Assembly (NCBI GenBank): GCA_002773135.1
Contig: PFCB01000016.1
Coordinates: 1-57,506, forward strand
Direction: 5' to 3'
DNA length: 57,506 nucleotides
DNA from: Candidatus Magasanikbacteria bacterium CG10_big_fil_rev_8_21_14_0_10_47_10
GTDB lineage: Bacteria > Patescibacteriota > Patescibacteriia > Magasanikbacterales > UBA922
Of this stretch, positions 25,706 to 35,807 are shown in pieces (position 1 is the stretch's first letter; each line of letters opens with the position of its first letter). The translations under genes were made by a program, and so were the position numbers. Under the pieces are notes generated by a model. The model ran no database searches. It worked only from the letters and a program-made list of their open reading frames with translations, and was not told where the DNA came from.

Positions 25706-27145
25706 CTATGAAACTTCTCGTACTTCAATCAAATTGACATGACCCGCCTGCCCGACCGGTTCGCCCGCAACCACGATAATATTGTCACCGGGCTTTACAA
25801 TTTTCTCCGCCTTCAAATATGTTACGGATCGCTCCACCAATTCCTCAATGGTACGGCAATCCGGCAGCACAAACGGGTGCACTCCCCAAGAAACATTGAG
25901 CTGATGGCGCGTCCGCTCATTATTGGTTGCCACAACAATGGGGAGCTCCGGTCTGTGTCGGCTAATCAGCCGACCGGTCTCTCCTGAAATGGACGCTGCC
26001 AATATAATTTTTGAATCGACTCGCTCCGCAATCAAACGCGACATTTCGCTGATTACGGTATCTATTTGATGCTTTTTTTCTTTATAATTACGAACTTGCA
26101 AATCGTCATAGTGCGACTTTTCTGTTTCTGCGATAATGTTTGCCATGGTTTCTACGGTCAAAACAGGATACTTCCCCACTGCTGTCTCATTTGAAAGCAT
26201 GACAGCGTCAGTGTGATCAATCACGGCGTTCGCCACGTCAGAGACTTCCGCGCGAGTAGGCCGCGGATTTTCTCTCATGGAATCAAGCAATTGTGTGGCG
26301 ACAATCACCGGCTTTGCCGCTTCCAACGCGACATCAATGAGCCGTTTTTGTGTCAGTGGAACTTCTTGCGCCGGAATTTCAACCCCCAAATCACCCCGCG
26401 CAACCATGATACCATCCACAACATCAATGATTGCCTTTATATTTTTAACAGCCTCAAATCGTTCAATTTTGGCCACAATACGTATTGGTTGCTCAGGATT
26501 GAGCGCCATTTTTTTCTCCTGTTCTTTTATATGATACCGCAGGTCAAGGACGTCTTCCGGGGTCATGACAAAGGAAAGCGCCATCATATCAACACCCTGT
26601 TCAATGCCAAAAATCGCGTCTTTTTTGTCTTTTTCGGTCAACGCGCGAATTTCCAATTTTGTATCAGGAACATTCATCCCCTTATGAGATGTAATATTTC
26701 CACCCACGGTGACCACTCCGTGAATACGTGTCCCCTCAATTTTTTTTACTTCTATTTCACTGCGTCCATCATTGATTAATATACGCTCACCCGGCTTTAA
26801 AAATTCGTGCAGCTGTTCGTAGTCTACCGGCATCACGCCATCCGCGAATTCTTTTATACCGGTATCAAGCATGATTTCTTTTCCCTCAACCAAATCAAAC
26901 CCCTCTTCCGGCATCACCCCAATACGAATCTTAGGACCTTGCAAATCCTGTAATATTGTTATTGCTTCTCCGGTTTTTTTACTTACGGCACGAATATTTT
27001 TTATGAGCGTGGCATGATTTTCGTACGTTCCATGAGAAAAATTCAGACGAGCAACGTTCATGCCGGCTGTTACCATTTCTTCCAAAATGTCCTGCGTTTC
27101 ACAAGCCGGACCAAGTGTACAAACAATTTTGGTTCGTTTTTTCAT
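25706..27145 (-). CDS. pyk: Pyruvate kinase
   Basis: TKIVCTLGP, RLNFSHG, DLQGPKIR, MVARGDLGVE, ATQLLDSM..NPRPTRAE. Confidence 0.98.
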   Translation of the reverse strand: MKKRTKIVCTLGPACETQDILEEMVTAGMNVARLNFSHGTYENHATLIKNIRAVSKKTGEAITILQDLQGPKIRIGVMPEEGFDLVEGKEIMLDTGIKEFADGVMPVDYEQLHEFLKPGERILINDGRSEIEVKKIEGTRIHGVVTVGGNITSHKGMNVPDTKLEIRALTEKDKKDAIFGIEQGVDMMALSFVMTPEDVLDLRYHIKEQEKKMALNPEQPIRIVAKIERFEAVKNIKAIIDVVDGIMVARGDLGVEIPAQEVPLTQKRLIDVALEAAKPVIVATQLLDSMRENPRPTRAEVSDVANAVIDHTDAVMLSNETAVGKYPVLTVETMANIIAETEKSHYDDLQVRNYKEKKHQIDTVISEMSRLIAERVDSKIILAASISGETGRLISRHRPELPIVVATNNERTRHQLNVSWGVHPFVLPDCRTIEELVERSVTYLKAEKIVKPGDNIIVVAGEPVGQAGHVNLIEVREVS

Positions 27146-27148
27146 ATA

Positions 27149-28309
27149 TTAATTAATAGGAAATTCATCAAGTATCAACCGAAGTACCCGCTCTTCCCCT
27201 TTTCGCACAAAACGTATTACTATTTCTTCTCCCACCTCATGACGCGCCACAAGCTGCGCCAATGAATCTTTATCCTCTAACTTTTCACCGTTTATTTCCA
27301 AAATAATGTCCCCCTCTTGCAGCCCTGCTGCGGCTGCCGGAGAATTTGGTAATACGCCGCGCTCATCATCTGAGGTGCCGTCAATAATCAACGCGCCATA
27401 CAAAACAGGCAATTGCATTTCATCCGCCAGTCGCGGCGTAACGGGAACGTATCGAACACCAAGCCATGGACGAATAATCCGCCCGTGCCGCACAACGCTT
27501 TCTATTGTTTTTTTTGCATCATTGATGGGAATTGCAAATCCCACAGACTGTCCCCGACTTGAAATGGCGGTATTGATCCCAACAACTTCGCCGCTAAGAT
27601 TTAAAAGAGGACCGCCGGAATTCCCCGGATTGATGGCCGCGTCAGTTTGAATGGCATGATCCAATATTTCGTTTCTCCCATTACCATCTCCCGCTTCAAC
27701 GCGCCGACCAATCGCGCTCACCACGCCACGCGTGACACTATTGCCAAGCTCTGCAAGCGCGTTGCCGATGGCAATCACCGTTTGACCCGGCCTTAGCGTA
27801 TCAGAATCACCAAGCGGTACTGTTGGCAAATTATTTCCATCCACCTTTAACAACGCTATATCCAAAACCGGATCTTTTGCCAACACCTGCGCCTCAAATG
27901 ATTGGCCGCTGGCATACACAATGGAATACACGGCATCTTCATCTTCAACCACATGTCGGTTCGTGACAATAAGTCCGTCCTCACTGATAACAAATCCGCT
28001 GCCTCCTCCCACTTCAAGCAATTGCCCGGACACATCCAGATTCTCACTCACATCCAAATTGGACGGGACGCTCCGCGAAATTTTCTTTGAAACAGTAATA
28101 TTCACCACGGCCTCATTTGCCGTTTGAACCAGATCAATAACCTGTTCATCAACACGGGCAAATGTGTTGAGCGGGCGATCAACCTGTGTGCTATCGGTTG
28201 GAGGAAAAAGGCCAACAACAGCAAGCGTCAGCATGGTAGCCGTGATCCCAAAAAAAGCTCCATACGCGCTCGCCGCAATAATAATTTGTGTTTTTTCGCG
28301 CATACTCAT
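27149..28309 (-). CDS. HtrA/DegP-family serine protease with one PDZ
   Basis: GSGFVIS.DG.IVTNRHVV, DIALLKV, QTDAAINPGNSGGPL; intact catalytic triad. Confidence 0.95.
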   Translation of the reverse strand: MSMREKTQIIIAASAYGAFFGITATMLTLAVVGLFPPTDSTQVDRPLNTFARVDEQVIDLVQTANEAVVNITVSKKISRSVPSNLDVSENLDVSGQLLEVGGGSGFVISEDGLIVTNRHVVEDEDAVYSIVYASGQSFEAQVLAKDPVLDIALLKVDGNNLPTVPLGDSDTLRPGQTVIAIGNALAELGNSVTRGVVSAIGRRVEAGDGNGRNEILDHAIQTDAAINPGNSGGPLLNLSGEVVGINTAISSRGQSVGFAIPINDAKKTIESVVRHGRIIRPWLGVRYVPVTPRLADEMQLPVLYGALIIDGTSDDERGVLPNSPAAAAGLQEGDIILEINGEKLEDKDSLAQLVARHEVGEEIVIRFVRKGEERVLRLILDEFPIN

Positions 28310-28312
28310 TTT

Positions 28313-28657
28313 TTATTGACCGCTGATAAGATCCAAAATACTCTGAAATTGCCCTTCCGGAATGTTTGAAATTATTTTTTGTATGCCCGTGTCATTTTGG
28401 ATCGGCGGACGAAGTAACTGGTACACTTGTGACGCATCATCCAAAAAACGCGGCAAATAGATAAGCCCCAAAATAATAGGGATAAGAATAATGGCAAGTC
28501 GAATATATGACCCGATGGTCATAAGGGTGAGCCGCCGCTTGATCTTTTCGTTCTGTTCGTAGATGGCTTTCAAAAATGAAAGCGTATCTCGCGGAGAAGC
28601 GGACGCCTGCGCATTGGTCTCTTTTTGCTCTTTTTTGGATGATTTCTGCTCTGGCAT
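28313..28657 (-). CDS. Hypothetical single-TM protein
   Basis: ORF track; one hydrophobic helix; 3-4 nt gaps to neighbours. Confidence 0.75.
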   Translation of the reverse strand: MPEQKSSKKEQKETNAQASASPRDTLSFLKAIYEQNEKIKRRLTLMTIGSYIRLAIILIPIILGLIYLPRFLDDASQVYQLLRPPIQNDTGIQKIISNIPEGQFQSILDLISGQ

Positions 28658-28660
28658 ACA

Positions 28661-29116
28661 TTATTTTTTTGTCTCAAGAGAGCGGATCTCGGTTTTAAAG
28701 GTATTCACGTCTTCGAACGCGCGATAAATAGACGCAAACCTGATATACGCGACTTTATCGAATTTTTTCAAATGCTTCATCACAATCTCACCAAGCTGTT
28801 CTGTTGTAATTTCTCTATTTCTTTTCTTTTGGATATCTCTTTCAATAGCGTTGATGAGCCTATGAAATTTCTCCTGCGTATACGGACGTTTTGTCAGAGA
28901 ATGAATAATGCCCTGTTTCAGCTTATCTCTGGAGTACGATTCACGCCGTCCATCATTTTTTACGACGACCAAATCAAGCAACTCCAATTCTTCTATCGTA
29001 GAAAATCGATAGCGACATAGCACACACTCTCTGCGCCTGCGGACTGACATGCCATCTCCGGGAACTCGGGAGTCCACCACCTTTGTTTCTTTTGACCGAC
29101 AAACCGGGCAATGCAT
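28661..29116 (-). CDS. nrdR: Transcriptional repressor NrdR
   Basis: MHCPVC...TKVVDSR, RRRREC..C..RFST.E, ATP-cone, DKVAYIRFASIYR.F.D. Confidence 0.98.
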   Translation of the reverse strand: MHCPVCRSKETKVVDSRVPGDGMSVRRRRECVLCRYRFSTIEELELLDLVVVKNDGRRESYSRDKLKQGIIHSLTKRPYTQEKFHRLINAIERDIQKKRNREITTEQLGEIVMKHLKKFDKVAYIRFASIYRAFEDVNTFKTEIRSLETKK

Positions 29117-29150
29117 AATGAAAAAAAATCAAGACAGTCAAGAATCGAAA

Positions 29151-29191
29151 GTCTAGAACCTAAACACACGTCTAGACTCTCGTGTCGTTTG
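29151..29191. repeat. Dispersed intergenic repeat, copy 3
   Basis: Reverse complement matches 3800-3838 at 37/39 positions. Confidence 0.85.
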
Positions 29192-29280
29192 GAGCTTCTT
29201 GATTCTGTATCGACACAGTATACCACGCAAGAGCGCAAATGGAAAAATAACACAAAAAGCCCGATCGCCGGTACTCCCCA

Positions 29281-30531
29281 TTACATGCCCATTTTTTTTC
29301 GGATGAAGGCCGGTATTTCCAAATCTTCTTCACCATCCCCGGATTGGCTATCATCATTGTTCAATGAATCCTTCTTTATAAAACTGCTTGGCTGCGCAGA
29401 CACCGACCGTGAAAAAAAGTTTCTGTCCTCATCATCCACGACATTTTCCTCTGCTTCCTCAATGTGGATGGGGACGACAGGTTTTTTCTTAAATGTTGAT
29501 GCGGAATACAGACTCTTCTTCCTGGAAAAAACAGACGCGATTTCATCATCCGGAACGCCATGCAATATACTCCTATCCCCCTCCTCAAATCCGGTTGCAA
29601 TAACAGTAACACGCACATCTTCACCCATACTTTCATCAATAACCGCACCAAAAATAACCTTGACATCATGATCCGCTGAGCCGGTAATGATTTTTGCCGC
29701 CTCTGAAACCTCCTGCATGCCAAGATTTGACCCGCCGGTGATAGTAAACAAAATACCCTTTGCTCCCTCGATAGACACCTCCAAAAGGGGGCTTGATATG
29801 GCGGCGTTTGCCGCGTCCGCCGCTCTGGTCTCCCCGGAACCGATGCCAATTCCCATCAAGGCGGAACCGGTTTCACTCATGATTGTTTTTACATCCGCAA
29901 AATCAACATTAATCAGACCGGGGACCGTAATCAGTTCAGAAATACCACGGACACCATCGTGCAGGATGTCATCGACAATCTTAAACGCCTGGAGTAATGA
30001 GGTTTTTTTGTCGATAATTTGTAATACGCGATCATTTGGAATTGTAATAATAGTATCCACATACCGCGCCATTTCCTGGTACGCGCCTTCGGCAATGCTC
30101 GCTCGCTGCGGTCCTTCAAATGAAAATGGTTTTGTCACAACGGCCACTGTCAGTGCTCCCAGTTCCTTTGCTATCTGCGCGATAATTGGTCCTGCGCCCG
30201 ATCCTGTCCCGCCGCCAAGCCCGCAGGTTACAAACACCATGTCAGACCCTTTGAGTGCTTCGCGTATTTCATTTTGTGATTCTTCGGCGCTTCGTTTTCC
30301 CATGTCAGGATCCATGCCGGCTCCCAAACCGCGCGTCACACCTTTGCCGATATGAAGCTTATTGGCCGCGCTGTTATGGTGCAGCGCCTGAACATCGGTA
30401 TTCATCGCCATAAATTCAACGCCACGAATGCCGCTTTTGACCATCCGGTCAACCGCAGCTCCGCCAGAGCCACCAACTCCAATAACTTTTATCTTTGCGA
30501 ATGTTTCAATATCCGGTTTCACTTGGGGCAT
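29281..30531 (-). CDS. ftsZ: Cell division protein FtsZ
   Basis: IKVIGVGGSGG, GLGAG, GLGGGTGSG, GLINVDFADV; C-terminal DLEIPAFIRKK. Confidence 0.99.
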   Translation of the reverse strand: MPQVKPDIETFAKIKVIGVGGSGGAAVDRMVKSGIRGVEFMAMNTDVQALHHNSAANKLHIGKGVTRGLGAGMDPDMGKRSAEESQNEIREALKGSDMVFVTCGLGGGTGSGAGPIIAQIAKELGALTVAVVTKPFSFEGPQRASIAEGAYQEMARYVDTIITIPNDRVLQIIDKKTSLLQAFKIVDDILHDGVRGISELITVPGLINVDFADVKTIMSETGSALMGIGIGSGETRAADAANAAISSPLLEVSIEGAKGILFTITGGSNLGMQEVSEAAKIITGSADHDVKVIFGAVIDESMGEDVRVTVIATGFEEGDRSILHGVPDDEIASVFSRKKSLYSASTFKKKPVVPIHIEEAEENVVDDEDRNFFSRSVSAQPSSFIKKDSLNNDDSQSGDGEEDLEIPAFIRKKMGM

Positions 30532-30675
30532 ACGCTGAGTTTACTGTACTGACTAAATTGATGGGATTTTCCGACGCCGAGTAAATTTGCTACTCGACAG
30601 ATTTTTCTGATTCACTGATTGAACACAATTTGTGTTCAAATTTGGCTAAGCTATAATACTTTTACCCATATTCAT

Positions 30676-30704
30676 AGTGTAACCCGATGCTATATATCGG
30701 TCAA
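30676..30704 (-). promoter_or_regulatory. Internal sigma70-type promoter for ftsZ
   Basis: Minus strand TTGACC, 17 nt, TACACT in the ftsA-ftsZ gap. Confidence 0.7.
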
Positions 30705-30773
30705 GCAATCATAAATGTGTATAAAAAAAAACACCAGGCGGTGCATTCAAATAAACAAATGTTTCCCTTTTAT

Positions 30774-32036
30774 TTAAGGGACAAGAAACTTAAACAATTG
30801 CCGGACTTTATCTACTGCCTGCTTTCCGCCCGGAACCCGCACCTTTGATTTGGTTCCCCGTGTTCTCAAATTCATGGAACTTCCCCATGCGACAAGAGAA
30901 ATTGCTGCGGCAAACGCCAGGTCGTTGATGCTCTCCGTGGCGCTGCGAATTCCCATAGGCAGCCCATGCGCCGCGTTCATGTGAGTCACTTGCTTGGCAA
31001 CCTCAACCAAATCTTGGAGTTTCGCGCCGCCACCCGTAAAAACGATGCCCGCTGGCAATAGCCCCAACCGATCAATGCTACGAAGCTCATCGTTGATTTT
31101 TTCCAAAATTTCAACAACGCGCGCGGCAATTATTTCTCTAACAAACTTCTTTGGTACTGCTTGAGATGCTAAACCAAATTCGGCAAGGTCGATGCAATCT
31201 TTTGCCGTCATACCTTTTACAAGGCAGCCCCCGTACAACAATTTGATTTTTTCAGCCACATCAATATCGGTTTGTAAACCAAGCGCCAAATCATTTGTTA
31301 CATGATTGGAGCCTATTGGAATGACCGCGGTATGGATAATATTTCCCTCTTCATACACAGCCAGTGTTGTGGTGGAGCCCCCTATGTCTACCAGGCCGAC
31401 ACCCAGCTGCTTTTGTCTGTCAGTCAGCACCGTATCCCCTGTTGCAATCAGGGACAGTACCAAATCATCAATGTCTACCCCTGTTCTATAAATCGCTTTC
31501 GTAATATTTTTTACATGCGGTGTGGATCCGTAAATCATCTGCGCATCCACTTCCAGTCGCACACCGGTCATACCGGATGGATCTTTTATTCCGGTTTGGC
31601 CATCTACTACATATCCACGCGGTAAGACATGCAGCACCTCATAGTTGAGCGGCGCGGCAACCGTTTGAGCGGCTTCAATTACCCGATCCACATCTTCATA
31701 TGAAATTTCCCCGTCTGTTTTGGCAACAGCAACAACGCCTCGGGATTCATTCGCGATAATATGATTGCTTGACACTCCCACCCACACATGCTCAATTGGC
31801 ACCCCGACAAGCCGTTCCACTTCTTCAAGCACATGTGAAATGGACGAAACAGCTTCCTCTATACTCGTGATGGTCCCTTTTTCTATTCCCAGCGACGCGA
31901 CCTGCGCCGTACCGATGATCTGCACATCCGCGCCAAGCCGTTCGTCCGGTACCACTTGTCCCACGGCAATTCGAATACCGGTTGATCCAATATCAAGTCC
32001 GGTAACAATTTCAACTTGTCTGTTTCGTCTTGCCAT
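30774..32036 (-). CDS. ftsA: Cell division protein FtsA
   Basis: GLDIGST, G.EKG.IT, LVDIGGSTT, G.VFTGGGAKL. Confidence 0.97.
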   Translation of the reverse strand: MARRNRQVEIVTGLDIGSTGIRIAVGQVVPDERLGADVQIIGTAQVASLGIEKGTITSIEEAVSSISHVLEEVERLVGVPIEHVWVGVSSNHIIANESRGVVAVAKTDGEISYEDVDRVIEAAQTVAAPLNYEVLHVLPRGYVVDGQTGIKDPSGMTGVRLEVDAQMIYGSTPHVKNITKAIYRTGVDIDDLVLSLIATGDTVLTDRQKQLGVGLVDIGGSTTTLAVYEEGNIIHTAVIPIGSNHVTNDLALGLQTDIDVAEKIKLLYGGCLVKGMTAKDCIDLAEFGLASQAVPKKFVREIIAARVVEILEKINDELRSIDRLGLLPAGIVFTGGGAKLQDLVEVAKQVTHMNAAHGLPMGIRSATESINDLAFAAAISLVAWGSSMNLRTRGTKSKVRVPGGKQAVDKVRQLFKFLVP

Positions 32037-32052
32037 AACAGATAGTGTACCA

Positions 32053-32421
32053 CTATTTTAGCATGATCTCAAGAAACGGTGGAGCTAAAATCAGTATACC
32101 AATTACGATTGAAAAGAAGGACGCGATAAGCACCATGGCCGCCATCATATCCTTTACCACCTGCACTTGGTACGCAAGCCGCGGCTTGATAATGTCAACA
32201 AATTTTTCCAACACGCTATTGAGCACTTCCAGCGTTAACACGGTTGCAATGAGCAGCAATACAATAATTTGCTGATTTGGTGCGATGTCCAACCATACCA
32301 TGACGCCAAGAACAAAAAAAGCGATCCAAAGCTGAATCCTGAAATTTTGTTCATGAACATAAATATACTGCAATCCACGCATAGCATGCGCAATACTTCG
32401 GGATACACTCCGTACACTCAT
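32053..32421 (-). CDS. dgkA: Diacylglycerol/undecaprenol kinase family
   Basis: HEQNFRIQ, LEVLNS.LEK.VD, VKDMMAA.VL. Confidence 0.9.
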   Translation of the reverse strand: MSVRSVSRSIAHAMRGLQYIYVHEQNFRIQLWIAFFVLGVMVWLDIAPNQQIIVLLLIATVLTLEVLNSVLEKFVDIIKPRLAYQVQVVKDMMAAMVLIASFFSIVIGILILAPPFLEIMLK

Positions 32422-32855
32422 ACTATTTTCTTTACGATTGACTCTTGAAGAAAAAACATGCGCTCTGCATCATTTTTTTGTTCATGATCATATCCAACAA
32501 GATGAAGAACGCCGTGGACCAGCATTCTGTAAAATTCATCACGAAAGGTAATCCCAAATCGCTTGGCCTGACGCTTGATAACGGGGATGGCAATAAAAAT
32601 ATCTCCAATATCCGTCTCGTCGGGATCTGCCACAGGGGGCATTCCCTCCAACGCGGAAAACGACAGCACATCTGTTGGTCTATCAACCCCGCGATGCAAT
32701 CGATTCAAACCGCGCATTCGTTTCTCTCCAATACAATGGACACTAACGGATCCCTCATGGCCGGTTTTTTTTAATGTAAAAAAAACAACCTGCTGTATTG
32801 TTTTTTTTGAAATCCCAAATGGGAGAACAGTCACATACACAGTACAGCGACTCAT
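32418..32855 (-). CDS. ybeY: rRNA maturation endoribonuclease YbeY
   Basis: R.LNR..RG.DRPTDVLSF, GDIFI, HGVLHLVGYDH; likely start MSRCTV at 32855. Confidence 0.95.
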   Translation of the reverse strand: MSRCTVYVTVLPFGISKKTIQQVVFFTLKKTGHEGSVSVHCIGEKRMRGLNRLHRGVDRPTDVLSFSALEGMPPVADPDETDIGDIFIAIPVIKRQAKRFGITFRDEFYRMLVHGVLHLVGYDHEQKNDAERMFFLQESIVKKIV

Positions 32856-32871
32856 ACAATCGGTTAATGTA

Positions 32872-34152
32872 TTAAATCGTTGGCACTTCCGGTTCTGCAT
32901 TCGGCAACGGTGACAAAACGTCCGTATCTGCCGCGTTATCTGTTGTTGATGCATCCTCGGTGCTGGTTACTATCTCCGGCTCTCGCGGCAACACGATCTG
33001 TTCCGGTATTTCAACAAATATTTGGGTTGGACGAAAACTCTGTGAGACCATTTCCATGACGTGCGGATAGCTGATGGTTGCCTCGGGTCCTGTGTGATAT
33101 ATCAATACAAAGACAAACTGGTCGGATTCATAGTATGAAACCAGCCGATCTTGACGAATGTACCCATTTACCTGGAATCTGTTCGTCTCATTTCTTAGCA
33201 CGCCAAATTGCTCGCCAGAAACAGCACGCGCGAACCAGGAAGAAAATGCTTCGTTATTTACTTTTTTAAATGATCTGATTTCAATGAAATCACCACGGGC
33301 GGTGCTCATTAACACTTGTCCGGCCTGCGCATCTACCGCGTCAATTGACCAGGTAACCGGATAGTACACGCGGTATTGCCAAATCGGATTGACGTACTCT
33401 TGTACAAGACCGGAATCAATGATTTTGTTTGGAGCAAACCCAAGCGGGCTATACAAATTGCGCACCTCAAGGCCATCGATATACCCATCTCCGTCTGAGT
33501 CCGCGCCTATAGCATCCGTATTAAACGTTTCTTCTTCTGCATCCGTTAAATCATCTTGATCCGTGTCCACCGCCGGCACGATCAATACCCGCGGTAACCT
33601 GAGAAGATCATCATCCAACGACGTTGGCAAGTCAATAGCAGCGATTGGTTCCGGTATAGGAACCACGGGCGGTGGCACTGTTACGGGTTCCTCAACCACA
33701 ACGGGCGGTGGTGGCACAGGCGGCACGATTGGCTGCTGCGGCCGAAATAATCGCAAATAATACCACACGATCCCGGCAATGCCAGCGATAAAAATAAAAA
33801 TGATAAAAACAATCATCCCTTTGTTCCCTTTTTTTTCAGGTTCATGCCTCACCGTTGCCGGCTTTTGCAACCCACCCGACTGCGCTTTTGCCAATATTGG
33901 TTTTTCTTCTACCTGCGCGTGACGAACCGGCGCGGGCACAGGTTCTTTATCTAACAGCTCTTGCTTTCGCTCTGCAATCATTTGCTCTGCCGGTGATGGC
34001 ACGGCCTTTTGCGGCGCTTGCTCCATGTGCGCGTGATAAATATTCGGGTCTTTTCCGCCGTAAAAAATATCAGGCATGGCTGTCACCGATGCTTGCACCG
34101 ATGGTTGCGCCGGTGCCTGTTGTTTGTCAATTTTATTCTTTTTTCCAAACAT
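32872..34152 (-). CDS. Single-pass membrane protein with Pro-rich stalk, TSP3-like Ca-binding repeats and a C-terminal globular domain
   Basis: DTDQDDLTDAEE and DSDGDGYIDGLEV repeats following a TM helix. Confidence 0.8.
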   Translation of the reverse strand: MFGKKNKIDKQQAPAQPSVQASVTAMPDIFYGGKDPNIYHAHMEQAPQKAVPSPAEQMIAERKQELLDKEPVPAPVRHAQVEEKPILAKAQSGGLQKPATVRHEPEKKGNKGMIVFIIFIFIAGIAGIVWYYLRLFRPQQPIVPPVPPPPVVVEEPVTVPPPVVPIPEPIAAIDLPTSLDDDLLRLPRVLIVPAVDTDQDDLTDAEEETFNTDAIGADSDGDGYIDGLEVRNLYSPLGFAPNKIIDSGLVQEYVNPIWQYRVYYPVTWSIDAVDAQAGQVLMSTARGDFIEIRSFKKVNNEAFSSWFARAVSGEQFGVLRNETNRFQVNGYIRQDRLVSYYESDQFVFVLIYHTGPEATISYPHVMEMVSQSFRPTQIFVEIPEQIVLPREPEIVTSTEDASTTDNAADTDVLSPLPNAEPEVPTI

Positions 34153-34155
34153 AGA

Positions 34156-35247
34156 CTATTCTAGACAGCCGGCTGTCTGCAATGCGGTACGAACCTGCCC
34201 GGCAATCTCCGGGTCTCGCCACGTCGCAGCGCTTATGGTATATGTGCCTTCTGCTTCCAGCGCCACCAAATTGGCAAGCACTGCGGCCGCGGCCGTGTCG
34301 TACTGCTCTGGTGTACAGACTCCAATATCGCCAACAGTGAGCCTCAATTCATTATTTAACGCCTGCGCGAAATTTTGGATCACTTCGTTTTGTGATCTGG
34401 TTTCGTCGTCAGCCGGCGGAACAATAAACCGCCCCGGACCGGCAGGGTTATACCCCGCTTTGACCTCATCACCATCGGTGTAGCCATCTCCATCATGATC
34501 CGGATTTAACGGATCCGTCTTCCAGATAATAACTTCATCGCCATCGCTCAACCCATCGCCATCGCTATCCCAATTTCCCGGGTCTGTCCCCAGGTCTTGC
34601 TCTCGCACATCGTCCAGAGCGTCTCCGTCCGAATCAACCGGCTGGCCAAATAATATATTGTTGTCGGTATCTTCAACAATACTATCCGTGGGTTGCTGCG
34701 AATCTCCCGGTACAACCACCGGCGTCTCGTCAATATCATTAAAACCGCCCAGCTGATCCAACACAGGCTGCTGCACTACCGGTGCGGTATTTTTAACAAA
34801 GGCACTGTATACCCACCAACCACCACCGCCAACAATAGCCAACACAACAACAATAATGATCAATGTCATGATGCCTCTGGAAACGCCGGGTCCTTTCACC
34901 TCGTATGAAATTGGCGCGGCCGGCGCCCCGCCTGCCGGCTGGTTTCCGGGAATAGCAAAATCTCGTACAGTGGGAGCGGAAGGAGGAACCGGACCGGCCG
35001 GTGTAGCCGGAGGCGCGATGGTCACAGCACCGGGTGAACCGGCTGACGGATCAACACCGGCATACGGATCGTCCGGTTCGCGATCAATTTTTGGCCTCAA
35101 AACGCCCGCGCCCAGTGCTGATGACACCGGCGGCGTGACCGAAGCCGGAGCCGGCGCGTTGGCCAGCATGTCCGCAGGCTCACCGATTGGCAAATTTGGT
35201 GGCGGCTGCCCGCCCGCCGAGCTGCCCGAAAGTTGATCATCAAACAT
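34156..35247 (-). CDS. Single-pass membrane protein with Pro-rich N-terminus and TSP3-like repeats
   Basis: DSDGDALDDVRE, DSDGDGLSDGDEV, DHDGDGYTDGDEV. Confidence 0.82.
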   Translation of the reverse strand: MFDDQLSGSSAGGQPPPNLPIGEPADMLANAPAPASVTPPVSSALGAGVLRPKIDREPDDPYAGVDPSAGSPGAVTIAPPATPAGPVPPSAPTVRDFAIPGNQPAGGAPAAPISYEVKGPGVSRGIMTLIIIVVVLAIVGGGGWWVYSAFVKNTAPVVQQPVLDQLGGFNDIDETPVVVPGDSQQPTDSIVEDTDNNILFGQPVDSDGDALDDVREQDLGTDPGNWDSDGDGLSDGDEVIIWKTDPLNPDHDGDGYTDGDEVKAGYNPAGPGRFIVPPADDETRSQNEVIQNFAQALNNELRLTVGDIGVCTPEQYDTAAAAVLANLVALEAEGTYTISAATWRDPEIAGQVRTALQTAGCLE

Positions 35248-35282
35248 ACAAACGAATCATTAATCTCAAAAATTTTCTATTT

Positions 35283-35774
35283 TTATAATTCTTCCTCAAC
35301 AAAACCCTCCGGCGCCTCTTCCTGCAACTCAATCGTACCCTCTCCATTTGGGTTAAACCCATTGAGAACTTCATATCCATCGGCAAAACCGTCTCCATCC
35401 GTATCTGCGTTGGTTGGATCTGTTTTCCACTCGTTTATTTCCGCACTGTCGCTCAGCCCGTCACCGTCCGTATCAAAATCAAATTTACTCAGACCCATTT
35501 GTTCTTCCTCTGTATCATCAAGACCATCTCTGTCTATATCATTTGGAAAACGATCCGTATCGTTTGCAAAGCCGAGATTTTCTTCATTATTTGAGGGTGG
35601 TTGTTCCGTGGAAGAAGCCTGTCTCTTGCTGAGAAAGTACAGCCCGCCAAAGGCGATGATAAATAATACAATCAACGCTATCGCCAGCGCCAACAGCCGA
35701 TTTTTTTTCTGTGGCGGACCGGACGGGTATGGCGTCTGCCGCGGCGGATATGAAACCTGTGTCGGTGCGTCCAT
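35283..35774 (-). CDS. Small single-pass protein with TSP3-like repeats
   Basis: DIDRDGLDDTEE, DTDGDGLSDSAE, DTDGDGFADGYEV. Confidence 0.82.
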   Translation of the reverse strand: MDAPTQVSYPPRQTPYPSGPPQKKNRLLALAIALIVLFIIAFGGLYFLSKRQASSTEQPPSNNEENLGFANDTDRFPNDIDRDGLDDTEEEQMGLSKFDFDTDGDGLSDSAEINEWKTDPTNADTDGDGFADGYEVLNGFNPNGEGTIELQEEAPEGFVEEEL

Positions 35775-35807
35775 AAGCGTTATTAGTATATCACAAACTG
35801 CTAAAGA

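Noticed and set aside
29151-29191. NrdR box upstream of nrdR
   Set aside because: It does not fit the 16 bp acaCwAtATaTwGtgt consensus, and the same sequence occurs near unrelated genes.
29687-30355. 222 aa plus-strand ORF opposite ftsZ
   Set aside because: A common antisense shadow of a conserved gene.
32872-35774. DxDGDG repeats as evidence of toxins
   Set aside because: No toxin catalytic domain is present; these are generic Ca-binding repeats on single-pass membrane proteins.
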